Below are positions 17,372-27,676 of a DNA stretch of 32,000 nucleotides, piece by piece. Every line of letters starts with the position of its first letter. Position 1 is the stretch's first letter. The stretch comes from Promethearchaeota archaeon. Its GTDB lineage: Archaea > Asgardarchaeota > Lokiarchaeia > Sigyniarchaeales > Promethearchaeaceae. Under the pieces are notes generated by a model, which worked only from the letters and a program-made list of their open reading frames with translations, did not search any database and was not told the origin of the DNA. The position numbers were made by a program, and so were the translations under genes. The stretch covers positions 1 to 32,000 of the forward strand of contig JAFGBS010000036.1 in the NCBI GenBank assembly GCA_016933055.1, in the 5' to 3' direction.

Positions 17372-18718
17372 ATGAGTATGTTGAGTCAAAACCTTAAGAA
17401 AACCATCCAAAACATGCATACAATCCCTTGGAAACTATATCTTTCTGTGTTATTGACACATCTTTTACCAACAATTTACGTTACCATTCGCATTTACTTC
17501 CTCGGTGATTTACCCAGCGATTGGGGTGTAAACATTGCTTCGCAACTAGTTTGGATAAGTTTAGTTTTAGAAGTCATACAGGAAGGTCTCATCCTACCAC
17601 TTTTTTACATTATTGGTAAGACTTCTAAAGATCGGAACGAAACAATCAATAAGGTAAAGACTGGTTTACTAATTACGATTGGAATTCATGTTCTCATTCT
17701 CGCAATTGTTGGGATATTCACTCCCGCTTTCGTACGGGCAATGGCTCAAAATCCCGCATTACAAGACGCTACTGTAGTCTATATTCGCTTAGAACTAATT
17801 TCACTACTCATTCAAAGTGTTTTCAAATTTCTCTTTATCTTATTCATAATTTATGACCAAAGAGTAACCATTTATCTGCTTTTACTCGTGCAGATGATTG
17901 GAACGGTGATTTTGGATACATTTTTTGTTAGTTCGTTTTCATTTTCGCTTAATCTAGGAGTTAATGGCATCGCTTATTCAAATATCATTATCTATTCCCT
18001 CTTAGTAGGGATGAGCATTTATCGGGCTATTAGAACTTTTAAGCTAACGAAAAAAGATTGGCGGGTGCATACCAGCTTTACATGGCTGAAGGAATGGGGA
18101 CGTGTCGGAGGGTATTCAGCTATGGATTCCTTCATTCGCAACCTCTTCTATATGGTATTTATTATTCGAATGATGAATATAATAGCCGAACAAGGCACGT
18201 ATTGGGTTGCGAACGGATTTATTTGGAGTTGGTTATTACTACTCGTTTATCCGTTGACCGATATCATTAAGCAAAAAATTGCTACAACCCTTCCCGAAAA
18301 ACTCAAAGGATTTTTAAATCCATATTATCTATTTTCAACGATTATTGTTCTTCTTTGGTTTCTGACGATGCCAGGATGGATGTGGTTCATCACAAAAGTT
18401 CTCAATGCTGCGGAACCACAAACAGTATTTCGATTAGTGCTTTTATTGTTACCAGCCTATATTTCTTTTGTGTATAATACCGTAGCGGATGCCCTTTTCT
18501 ATGCCATTGGCAAAACTGAATCTCTTGCTATTCAAACGATTCTAACTAATATTTCTGTGTACGGAATTGCCTTTATCCTCTTTATTACTGGTAATTTCAT
18601 CCCCACGTTATATTCTATCGCAATTTTGTTTAGTATAGGCATAGTAATTGACGGGATCTTGACTTTCATACTGCTACGTTATTATATTCGCAAATATGAA
18701 ATGAATTCCACGCACTGA
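17372..18718 (+). CDS. MATE-family (Na+-driven multidrug efflux-type) transporter
   Basis: 448 aa with about 12 TM segments, LPTIYVTIRIYFLGDLPSDWGVNIASQL...EVIQEGLILPLFY pattern, and an AGGAG SD. Confidence 0.8.
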   Translation: MSMLSQNLKKTIQNMHTIPWKLYLSVLLTHLLPTIYVTIRIYFLGDLPSDWGVNIASQLVWISLVLEVIQEGLILPLFYIIGKTSKDRNETINKVKTGLLITIGIHVLILAIVGIFTPAFVRAMAQNPALQDATVVYIRLELISLLIQSVFKFLFILFIIYDQRVTIYLLLLVQMIGTVILDTFFVSSFSFSLNLGVNGIAYSNIIIYSLLVGMSIYRAIRTFKLTKKDWRVHTSFTWLKEWGRVGGYSAMDSFIRNLFYMVFIIRMMNIIAEQGTYWVANGFIWSWLLLLVYPLTDIIKQKIATTLPEKLKGFLNPYYLFSTIIVLLWFLTMPGWMWFITKVLNAAEPQTVFRLVLLLLPAYISFVYNTVADALFYAIGKTESLAIQTILTNISVYGIAFILFITGNFIPTLYSIAILFSIGIVIDGILTFILLRYYIRKYEMNSTH

Positions 18719-18995
18719 TCCCAAATTTGAGTCTAATATGTAAAACTAACGAAATTTTGTTAGGAATATATAATTCAACATTTGCTATAGGTTTTTGAGT
18801 AGAAACTTAAAGATGAATGTAGGATATTTATATTTACGTATTATTCCACTCCAATCAGTAAAGAGAAATCACGTGAATGATTTTCATCAATTGGTATAAA
18901 TCTCCAAAAATGCCAATATTTCTAATAACAAAAAAGATACAGAATAAGGGAAAAAATAATCGTCGGTTGTATTTCACACTAATATATCAATAAAA

Positions 18996-19829
18996 TTAAG
19001 AGCATGAATCACACAAAGGATTTTCACGTGATACATTACTCTCCTCTCCACATTTCAAACAAAACTTTCCTTTTTCATGTTTATAATAGCAAACTGTACA
19101 AAATGGAGTTTTTACGTTAAAAAAAACGAATTTTCTACAACCTATACAAAATCCACGTTCTTCAATTGGGCGTAGACTTAGTTTACCACATTCTGGACAA
19201 ATTAGAGTTTTATTACTATCTGTATTATGCATTAACTCAAAACCGCACAATTTACAAAGCCATATTCCTGATCGCTGTTCTTTAAAATTTTCAGGTTTAA
19301 CTTTTATTTCTTGACTTGAATTCATTATCGTCCAATCAATTGCAGGTAACAATTTTTCGTCGTATTCATCTGCAGTTTCGTGAATTGGTGTTGTATCTCC
19401 TGACCTCCTCATGGTTTCGACGTTTTCTATAACCTTGTCATATAAATTCTTATCCTTTATCGAAGTTTCTGGTTCTATTAAGAATCCCATTTCCCAATTT
19501 TTTTTCCAGGAAGATTTAAGAAGGTTTAGAGATGAAACAACCATTTTATTCTCATTATAATAACATTTCGAATGTAAATTAGCAACACAATAAAGATTAA
19601 CATATTTCAACTCTTCCGCTACACGCTTTGCTTCTTGGATAGTCGCTTTTTTCTTACGATAATATATTTCGACTAAAATACCTCTCTCCTTAGATGCATA
19701 TTTAAGATGAGAGTAGATTTTTTCCGGAAAGTCCAGAAAAGGACTGATTATAATTATGAACTTCCTCGCATCAATTATAACTTTAACAATCTCACCGCAT
19801 GCTGCTTCCATAGGTAGAAATTCGACCAT
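18996..19829 (-). CDS. Phospholipase D-like (single HKD) nuclease-type protein with six CxxC pairs
   Basis: IIISPFL...LHSKCYYNE...SSLNL...NWEMG, followed by CKLC, CPEC, CIGC, CTVC, CLKC and CDSC. Confidence 0.75.
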   Translation of the reverse strand: MVEFLPMEAACGEIVKVIIDARKFIIIISPFLDFPEKIYSHLKYASKERGILVEIYYRKKKATIQEAKRVAEELKYVNLYCVANLHSKCYYNENKMVVSSLNLLKSSWKKNWEMGFLIEPETSIKDKNLYDKVIENVETMRRSGDTTPIHETADEYDEKLLPAIDWTIMNSSQEIKVKPENFKEQRSGIWLCKLCGFELMHNTDSNKTLICPECGKLSLRPIEERGFCIGCRKFVFFNVKTPFCTVCYYKHEKGKFCLKCGEESNVSRENPLCDSCS

Positions 19830-20146
19830 AATTTTTAGCCTTTGTTTGTGAAATTTAATAATGATCCACTGGTGTGCAAAATATATATTTAAATTCTGTT
19901 AAACAACATTATCGGAAGATTTTGTGCAAATTAGATGATTAATTACATATACTAAATATGCAAATTTCATCAGAATAATAACGTTAGATAAGCAACAATA
20001 GAGGTATCTTCAAACGATAAAAACTTATTATTATCAACAATTAAATTCGGTAGTGTAGAGAAATAATACTGATTTGGTTTCTTATTTCATTGGGCTACAC
20101 TATTATTGTATTTATCTTCATTTATGCAGTAAAAAAGGAATTTAAT

Positions 20147-20434
20147 CTAAAAATATTCCAATAATTCATCAAAACACGCCATAACTTCCTTACGCGATTT
20201 AAAATTTATTTTTTGCACCTGACTAACTTCCTTTTTGTATAGAACATCAACATCTACATCAATCCACCGAAAATAATCTTCTTCGTCCAGCTCGAAATAT
20301 GACTTTAATTTGCATTTTGCCAGACGGACTTTCGTGGTGTTATTATCATCCACAATTTCCATGATAGCATACCCCCATAAACCACCAATTGATAGGAACT
20401 TCATACTCTTATACTCTGTTGTATAACTCATCAT
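20147..20434 (-). CDS. Hypothetical small protein
   Basis: 95-aa ORF with a GAGGA SD on the minus strand; no family recognised. Confidence 0.5.
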   Translation of the reverse strand: MMSYTTEYKSMKFLSIGGLWGYAIMEIVDDNNTTKVRLAKCKLKSYFELDEEDYFRWIDVDVDVLYKKEVSQVQKINFKSRKEVMACFDELLEYF

Positions 20435-20998
20435 TCAATCCTCTTTTTTATTTTAAATTGTTTGTTTTTACTAGTAGTTAAAAATTAAGAAATGATAATC
20501 CCCAGTAATCATTTCAGAATACCATAAATTGAGGAAAATCCCTATAAAAGTGTTCTGTTGAATATGATTTTTCATCACATTGGTCTGTCGACAGATTTTA
20601 GCATTCCAAAAAGGAGACATATACAAAAATTTGATATGGAGTAAGCTACAAAGCGAAATTTGAAGAGTAATTTTTATAATAAATCCAGAAACTAAAAGAT
20701 GGGACTGTCCCTGATGACATTTTTGAAGAAATTACTACATAATCAGGATGAAAAAGTAGCTAATACAGCACAAGAAATCGGGCAAAATGCGAAATTTCCA
20801 CGAAAAAATTTACACTTACATAAAATTTTTGACGCAGAATGATAGAATACGGCTACTGCACTTTTTTCTCATTTTCGGTCTTTTTTTTATGTGGGAATCG
20901 GGTTAAGTCAGTTTATCCTTTCTCATGGATGGTTTACTCGATTATGACCAGTAAATATAAATCCTCATGGATGTAAATGATATAGTGAGGGATTAAAA

Positions 20999-21370
20999 AT
21001 GGAAACAAACGGGAAAGAAAGGGCAAGAAAAATCACTATAATTCGCGCATTCCTCATACTAGTTGGAATTTTTTTGGGAGGAATTGGTATGGGTTTTCTT
21101 TTTGAAGTAGGCATATTCCTTATCCCAATCGGTCTTTTATTGATGATAATCGGTAGTTTCATGAAACCACCAGATTTTTGTCCACATTGTTATAAGATAA
21201 TCGAAAAATATGAGTATCGGATAGATCCTGAAGATGAGAATAAGAGGATCCTCTCATGCCCATTTTGTAAAGAATATATAAAATGTGAAAGAATTGTTAC
21301 CGAGGATGAGGCGTCTAGAGGACCATGTGGATTACCATGGTGGTGTTGGTGTATAATTTGTTGCGGGTAA
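20999..21370 (+). CDS. Small membrane protein with a zinc ribbon and Cys-rich C-terminus
   Basis: Two N-terminal TM helices, CPHC and CPFC, tail GPCGLPWWCWCIICCG, and a GAGGG SD. Confidence 0.6.
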   Translation: METNGKERARKITIIRAFLILVGIFLGGIGMGFLFEVGIFLIPIGLLLMIIGSFMKPPDFCPHCYKIIEKYEYRIDPEDENKRILSCPFCKEYIKCERIVTEDEASRGPCGLPWWCWCIICCG

Positions 21371-21482
21371 TGGTATTAGGGATCCTTTAAACCCAATAAT
21401 CCATCGAATCAAAAATTTTAGTCACATAAACCATTTCGATAAAGTGGGCAATAAATAAGACAGATATCCTAAGAAGAATTTG

Positions 21483-21870
21483 GATTTTTTAATACACATA
21501 GTCTAATGATGCTAGGATGAATGTGATTCTTCACAAATGTTCTGAATGCTGCGGAACCAAAGGTAGTATTTCAATTAGTGCTTCTGTTATTACCAGCTTA
21601 TATTTCCTTTGTGTATAATACCGTAGCGGATGCCTTGTTCTATGCTATAGGCAAAACCGAATCTCTTGCAATTCAGACAATTGTAACTAATATTTCAGTC
21701 TATGGAACAGCCTTTGTTCTCTTCATCACGGGTAATTTCATCCCTACGGTATATTCCATCGCAATACTGTTTAGTATCGGCATAATTATCGATAGGACTT
21801 GACTTTTCTATTATTACGCCATTTTGTTCATAAACATAAACTTAATTCCAAGATCTTAGATTCCAGATAG
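21483..21870 (+). pseudogene. Decayed second copy of the MATE transporter 3' end
   Basis: Aligns to 18307-18718. Two TGG>TGA nonsense changes, a ~33-nt deletion near 21505 and a frameshift near 21798. The central part has mostly synonymous differences. Confidence 0.9.
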
Positions 21871-21957
21871 CTAGGTTCACTGCAATTCAGAAAAAATAAT
21901 ATGTGATACATGGTGATTAAATAAATTTATAACTCTCAATTTTGAATATTTCTTCAA

Positions 21958-22472
21958 GTGGTGGGTGTGGGTAACGAAAATCCTTTTGAGGATTTGCCGG
22001 ATGCTCTTGTGCATGATATGCTTGAAAGATCCGACAAAATTAGTAATACTCTAACGAAATCATTTAGCTCAATAATGGAAAAAAAGGATGAAATTCGAAA
22101 TTTGTTTAAAGGGATGAATTTACTTCATAATTTTAGTGAACTTAAGGAACGGGTAGACTATCCATTTTATCCATTATCTTGCGGAGTGGATGGTGCTAAT
22201 GCTATTGATAAATTAGTTTCATCAGACATTTTTGCAGTTGCGGCAGTAACAGTTCATGGATTTGATCCAAAGGAACGAATTATTGAAAATTTGGAGAAAT
22301 CTCAGCATAAATTTGAGATTGAACCAATAAAGCATGAACCAATACAGAATTATTTTGCAAAGCAATCAGGTTCTGTATGGAACTTGTACTAGGAAACAAA
22401 TCAAAAGAGCATGCTGTTTCTCTAACCATTTCTATCATACCCATTCTTTTAGTTCCATGCTCTTTGGTGTGA
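21958..22472 (+). pseudogene. nurA: NurA-family nuclease, N-terminal fragment with frameshift
   Basis: NPFEDLPDALVHDML...SCGVDGANAIDKLVSSDIFAVAAVTVHG. After a -1 shift at ~22340 it continues as NTELFCKAIRFCMELVLGNKSKEH, then similarity is lost. Confidence 0.7.
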
Positions 22473-22503
22473 TATAAGTTCGATTAATTAATGATGTTAA
22501 GAT

Positions 22504-23214
22504 TTGAATCGATATGTCAATCTTTTCTTTGGAAATTCCCCTGGAGCAAGAATATGTAGCCAATCATTAACTCTTTGCCTATATTCTAATACAATATCTA
22601 TTAATATTTTTGCTTCATTAGGAATAAAGGCATCAGGTCGGACGAAAAAACTTCCAAATTCCTATCGAAATTCCAAAAGAGTAGGCGAATTCGCACAATT
22701 TATCATGCCCAAAAAATTGAAAGAATTATCAAAATCACAAGATGAATTTAGATTTCCCGAAAAATATATCGGAATGCATGGAAGTATCAATTATGTAATT
22801 GCAAAATCAAAAATTGAGGAATATGATGAAATCTTAAAGATAATTCAAGAAGAATTGAAGAATTCGACTAAAGGAAAATCATTTTTAGTTTTATTCCAAA
22901 GAAATCCATGGAACGACCGAAATAATAAGTTCTTTTCACAAGCTATGAAATACGATTTATTTGAAAATTTCCTGGATACTTGTACTTCCAGTGGATATGG
23001 GATTGTTGTGACTAGTTTGAGGAAAGCTAAAGGTTTAGAAGCTGACATCGTGTTCATTCCTGACCTGGAACAATATTATTATCAAGATCGACAACTCCTA
23101 TATGTAGGAATGACTCGGACGAAAAATAAGTTGATATTATCATCGACTGAACCGAGCCAACCTAAGTCACTGGTGGAAGAAATCCAAAAATATCCCGATT
23201 GGCAAGAAGAATAG
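22504..23214 (+). pseudogene. C-terminal half of a superfamily 1 (UvrD-like) helicase
   Basis: Motifs IV (NSYRNS), V (SLRKAKGLEAD) and VI (LLYVGMTRTK) are present. Walker A and B are absent. Confidence 0.7.
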
Positions 23215-23356
23215 GTAGGAAAATAAAATCATGAGTGATAATTTTTCCTCGTATGACTAAACTATACCTATCACAATAACTAATGTTTCTATAAGACAAA
23301 TAAAAAACCAGCATAAGTAATCCGGAACGTATATATTTCTGGAATACGAGAATGCA

Positions 23357-24589
23357 ATGTGTGTGAATGTGGAGTTACAAAATCAAATTAGAATAAAATT
23401 TGAAGATCTTCCAAGAGCAGAATTAGTCTACGATGCAATTTATGAGGGAGGCAGCACCGGAAATATTTCAGACGACGTTCTAAGTAATTTGTTTGAGGGT
23501 ATCGGTAATTCGGGAGGTTTTCGCATATGCAAAAAAGTCGCTGACCCAGATGAAATTGCATATGTTATTCTCTATACAACAGGTTCTGAAATTGAATGGC
23601 CCGATATTTTCGACATATATCTCGGCACATTTCGTTATTGGGGCGACAATCGCACACCTGGAAAGGATATTCATGATACGCCCAAAGGTGGAAATAAACT
23701 CTTATTGGAAGTATTCGAAAAAATTGATAAGAGTGCTGAGGAGAGAAAATCAATTCCACCGTTTTTAGTCTTTCAAAAGATAGGAATGAAAAGAAATGTC
23801 AAATTCCTAGGATTGGCATGTCCTGGAAGAGAAAACTCGTCGTTAGTCGAGGATCTTCAAGCGGTATGGAAACATACTAATAATCAGAGATTTCAGAATT
23901 ATCGTGCTTATTTTACAATTCTAAATATTGGTCCTGATAAAATTCGCAGAGACTGGCTCCAAGCACTGAGAAACGGAACAGATCCCGTACTATATCTAGC
24001 ACCTAAAGCATGGAAAAATTTTGTGTTAAATGGACGAAAGGGAATTCATCCTCTAAAATCAGAACGTTTAACAAAATATCGAAATAAAGAAGAACAGCTT
24101 CCAAATAAACGAGAAAAATTACCCTTAGTAAATGCGATATATAATTATTTTAAAGAGGATCCTTATGCTTTCGAACCTTGTGGCGCAGAACTTGCACAAA
24201 TGATGGATGAAAACATAATTGATGTAGACATTACTCGAACTCATCGTGACGGTGGAAGAGATGCTCTAGCAAAATACAAGATTGGCATTAAGGATAATAA
24301 CTTACTGGTGGAATGCGCTATGGAAATGAAGTGCTATTCTCTCGAAAATTCTTGCGGAGTCAAAGAAACTTCAAGATTAATATCTCGTATTCGACATCGA
24401 CAGTTTGGGATTTTGGTTACAACTAGTTACATTGCAGGTCAAGCCTACAAGGAAATTGTGGAAGATGAACACCCCATATTGATTATATCCGCAGGAGATA
24501 TAGCGGAGATACTTATTAAACATGGATATAACAGCGTAGAGAAAGTAAAAGAATGGTTGAAAAAATTCCCACAAATAAGAAATGCATAA
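23357..24589 (+). CDS. AspBHI/MspJI-family modification-dependent restriction endonuclease (SRA-like N-domain plus Mrr-like catalytic domain)
   Basis: DAIYEGG...GNSGGFR...YWGDNRTPG...PPFLVF...GLACPG...RFQNYRAYFT, then RDGGRDA...MEMKCY...SRLISRIRHRQFGILVTTSY. Confidence 0.85.
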   Translation: MCVNVELQNQIRIKFEDLPRAELVYDAIYEGGSTGNISDDVLSNLFEGIGNSGGFRICKKVADPDEIAYVILYTTGSEIEWPDIFDIYLGTFRYWGDNRTPGKDIHDTPKGGNKLLLEVFEKIDKSAEERKSIPPFLVFQKIGMKRNVKFLGLACPGRENSSLVEDLQAVWKHTNNQRFQNYRAYFTILNIGPDKIRRDWLQALRNGTDPVLYLAPKAWKNFVLNGRKGIHPLKSERLTKYRNKEEQLPNKREKLPLVNAIYNYFKEDPYAFEPCGAELAQMMDENIIDVDITRTHRDGGRDALAKYKIGIKDNNLLVECAMEMKCYSLENSCGVKETSRLISRIRHRQFGILVTTSYIAGQAYKEIVEDEHPILIISAGDIAEILIKHGYNSVEKVKEWLKKFPQIRNA

Positions 24590-24785
24590 TTATGAAAAGA
24601 TACCCATTTTACTCCTAATACACTCATTAAAAGAACGAGAAAATCAAAATGAATGATATTTATTCCTTTAAAGATATTTACGATAAAATTGAGAAAGAAA
24701 ATAAGAAATTCTTCAAGAATCAATACAACAAAGTAGAAAAAAAATAGCATTTAGCTATTGAAAATTTTAGAGAAGATAAATTTTT

Positions 24786-27632
24786 TCAGTCTTCATAACG
24801 CATCCCACCATATTTCTTATAATCTTCCAAAAATCGCTCTGCTTTCTTTTTCTCTTTCGCATACCTATTATCTAATTCCCTTTTCCGATGTAAATCTTCC
24901 TGCTCATTCTTTACAAACCACTCTTGTATATAGAAAGTTTGTTCTTCTCCATATTCGAATCCATAACTTGGACGGGTAACACTTTTAGGAAGCCAGATTT
25001 CGATGTTCTCTTGAAAATCATTTTTTACCTCACAACAAATCGCATCCATAGATGTTCGAATAATTTTACCCTTAATTCTATAGGTTCCAGTATTGGATGT
25101 TAAGTTCGCAAAGAATTCCTCTCTAGTGGTCGGTATTTGGTCTAAGAATTCGGATAAGTTGGGTAGTTGGGCGAAAATGTGCACTTGTTTTTTAGCCCGA
25201 GTCAATGCAACATAAAATAGTCTTCTCTCTTCATCTAAGTCATCGGGCAGGTCGGGATTGATGAGTTTGTGGTCAAAAGAGGATGTCAATTCCGAGGGTA
25301 ATCCGTATAAACCTTTATACACATTCATTAAAATCACGTATTCAGCTTCCAATCCTTTCGCTTTATGGATAGAATGGAATCGAATCCCGTTTCTGACCAT
25401 TTCACCTTCCTTCATTAGCGCTACTGGAATTTCCTTGTCTTTAAGGCAATAATCAAACAGATCTGAGTACCCGAAATTAAATCGGGAGAGAATCATAATT
25501 TCCTTGGGATCTACTCCCTCTCGAATCCATTTCTTAATCAAATCCACAATTAGGTCGTGCTGTTCTTGGGTAAAACTACGTTTACCGCCATACATTCGCT
25601 TTAAGAACATCGATGGTTCGTCAGTTCTATTCACTGGAACTAAATCTTTCGGAATATAATCTGAACAGGCATTTATATGCGTAGAACTAAAATTAACTAT
25701 AGGAGGGGGATTACGATAATTCAACTGTAATATCGTTTGAGCCACGGGGAAAAAAAATTGATCTAATTTGACCATGTATTTATTAGATGCTCCTGAAAAT
25801 CCATAAATTGACTGCCAATCATCTCCTACGAAAAACATATGGCATTCCTTTCCTCTTTTGCGTAATTCTTGGAGTAATCGTAAACGCTGAAACGAAATGT
25901 CCTGAAACTCATCGATGAAGATCATGGTATAGCTACAAAATTCTTTCGCTTCTTCATTCGTTACTGGCCGTTCCAGATATTGTACGGCATGGTTTATCAT
26001 ATCTTGATAATCAATTTTCCCTTGTGCAGCAAGATAATCCTCATATGCTTCAAATATGGGGAAAACAAGAGTTAAAAAAGCGTGATCTTTCCGATGTAGT
26101 TTCTTATTGCGCAGATGGGTAGAAAGAGTCGTTGAATTATATCCATAAATTTTAGCATCCATGATCGTAGTATGAATCATATCCGAAAGGATCTTCAGAC
26201 GATGGGGTAAATTGTCTATACGTTTAATAATTTCTTGATGAGATAGGGGTGCTGCCTCTCGATTTTGGATTTTCCATAATTGCCGAACAAAATCCAATAG
26301 TTTTTTCGATAATTTCCCGGTTTTCCAATCCCAATAATCCGTTTCCAGTAAATTCTTGCCATATTTTCTAAACTGAGCCTTTTTCCATTCCATTTCTTTA
26401 AAATATTTAGGCACATCCTCAATAACGGGATTATACACGTTTGGAAAATCTTTCGAAATACCCCAGTGCTCAAGATAGGTATCGAATTCTGGTAAATAGA
26501 AATCGGGGTGATATTCACGCCCGGACTCATCCTTATCACACCAATCTACTTTCATTTCATACACAAAATTTATCCCGTGAGTGATAAAGAAGTTCGCAAT
26601 TTCTTTCTCAGCAACGCTTTTTACTCGACTTCCATCCAATGCCTCATAGGGTTTATTTTCTTGGTAACTATACATCTTTCGAAGTCTTTCTTCATTTTCT
26701 TCCTCCTCAGCGATAAATTCGGAAATATTGCTATAGTATTGGATGTATAAATGCTGGTAAATCGGATCATCAGCTTTTTTGATTTCAATTAATTCTCGGA
26801 TTACATGGGTTGTATTCTCCTCTACCCTAATCTCTTCTTCCCTATCTTTAAAACGATTAACAATTTTAAATCCCAGACTATGAAAAGTGCGTACTTCCAC
26901 ATCTTGAATTCCATAAATATTCTTCAAGCGTTCAATTATCTCAGCAACAGCTGTTCGATTGTATGCCATAACCAAAATGCCTTCAGCAGGAATTTCCTTT
27001 TTTAATACATAAAAAGCAACTCGATCTACTAATACTCGAGTTTTTCCAGACCCAGGTCCTGCTACAACGAGGTTATTGTCATCGTTAACCAAGATTGCCC
27101 GAATTTGGTTTTCATTTAATTGAACGGATTGATTAAACTCCGTACCATCAAAAAAGGAATGATATTTCTGCCTATGTTTTTTTAAGTAAACTGTATTATA
27201 TTCTCGGACAAAATTTTCCAAACGGTTAATCTTTTCTTCAATATGTCTTGTTTCCTCCCTCCATATTCTTCCGAATCCCCTTAATTGGTTTTTATAAGAT
27301 TTCAAAGTCTTATCTATTGCGTTCTTTTTCGAAGTAGTGAGATAATTGGAATACTCCTCTAAAAGAGAAAAAATTCCACGATGAAATTCATCATATTCAG
27401 TTTCAAATTGTGCAATTTTTTGTATACTCTCTCGTTCGCGATAGAATTTCCAAACAGACAAGTAAGTATCTCGTAAGAATAGAGCAACAATGCCAATAGA
27501 TGCAAACAGTGCGAGAATAAACCAAGGATTAACTACTATAGTCAGAATAAAGAAACTGATCGTAATTATAACACTCGAGATAACAATCATCCATTCTTTA
27601 AGAGGGATATTTAGTTCATTCTCCATGCGCAA
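24786..27632 (-). CDS. UvrD/helicase IV-like SF1 helicase with N-terminal TM segments and an internal PD-(D/E)xK-like insert (start probably ATG at 27626)
   Basis: AGPGSGKT, IDEFQD, VGDDWQSIY, LNYR, SIHKAKGLEA and EERRLFYVALTRAK. Insert VKSVAEKEIANF...YHPDFYL...LEHWG. Hydrophobic N-terminus. Confidence 0.85.
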   Translation of the reverse strand: MRMENELNIPLKEWMIVISSVIITISFFILTIVVNPWFILALFASIGIVALFLRDTYLSVWKFYRERESIQKIAQFETEYDEFHRGIFSLLEEYSNYLTTSKKNAIDKTLKSYKNQLRGFGRIWREETRHIEEKINRLENFVREYNTVYLKKHRQKYHSFFDGTEFNQSVQLNENQIRAILVNDDNNLVVAGPGSGKTRVLVDRVAFYVLKKEIPAEGILVMAYNRTAVAEIIERLKNIYGIQDVEVRTFHSLGFKIVNRFKDREEEIRVEENTTHVIRELIEIKKADDPIYQHLYIQYYSNISEFIAEEEENEERLRKMYSYQENKPYEALDGSRVKSVAEKEIANFFITHGINFVYEMKVDWCDKDESGREYHPDFYLPEFDTYLEHWGISKDFPNVYNPVIEDVPKYFKEMEWKKAQFRKYGKNLLETDYWDWKTGKLSKKLLDFVRQLWKIQNREAAPLSHQEIIKRIDNLPHRLKILSDMIHTTIMDAKIYGYNSTTLSTHLRNKKLHRKDHAFLTLVFPIFEAYEDYLAAQGKIDYQDMINHAVQYLERPVTNEEAKEFCSYTMIFIDEFQDISFQRLRLLQELRKRGKECHMFFVGDDWQSIYGFSGASNKYMVKLDQFFFPVAQTILQLNYRNPPPIVNFSSTHINACSDYIPKDLVPVNRTDEPSMFLKRMYGGKRSFTQEQHDLIVDLIKKWIREGVDPKEIMILSRFNFGYSDLFDYCLKDKEIPVALMKEGEMVRNGIRFHSIHKAKGLEAEYVILMNVYKGLYGLPSELTSSFDHKLINPDLPDDLDEERRLFYVALTRAKKQVHIFAQLPNLSEFLDQIPTTREEFFANLTSNTGTYRIKGKIIRTSMDAICCEVKNDFQENIEIWLPKSVTRPSYGFEYGEEQTFYIQEWFVKNEQEDLHRKRELDNRYAKEKKKAERFLEDYKKYGGMRYED

Positions 27633-27658
27633 TCAAGCCACTATCTCAAATAAGATTC

Positions 27659-27676
27659 CTTATATAAGCATTTTCG
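27659..27676 (-). promoter_or_regulatory. Archaeal BRE+TATA promoter of the helicase gene (probably leaderless)
   Basis: Minus strand reads CGAAAATG-CTTATATAAG, about 30 nt before the start. Confidence 0.6.

Noticed and set aside
20714-20842. HEAT-repeat-like fragment MTFLKKLLHNQDEKVANTAQEIGQ
   Set aside because: It is only 42 aa with a single weak repeat, which is insufficient.
21505-21530. Two TGG>TGA changes at Trp codons, which could suggest TGA-to-Trp recoding
   Set aside because: Many intact genes end in TGA (990, 11017, 17261, 18718) and use TGG freely. The same fragment also has a deletion and a frameshift, so this is ordinary decay.
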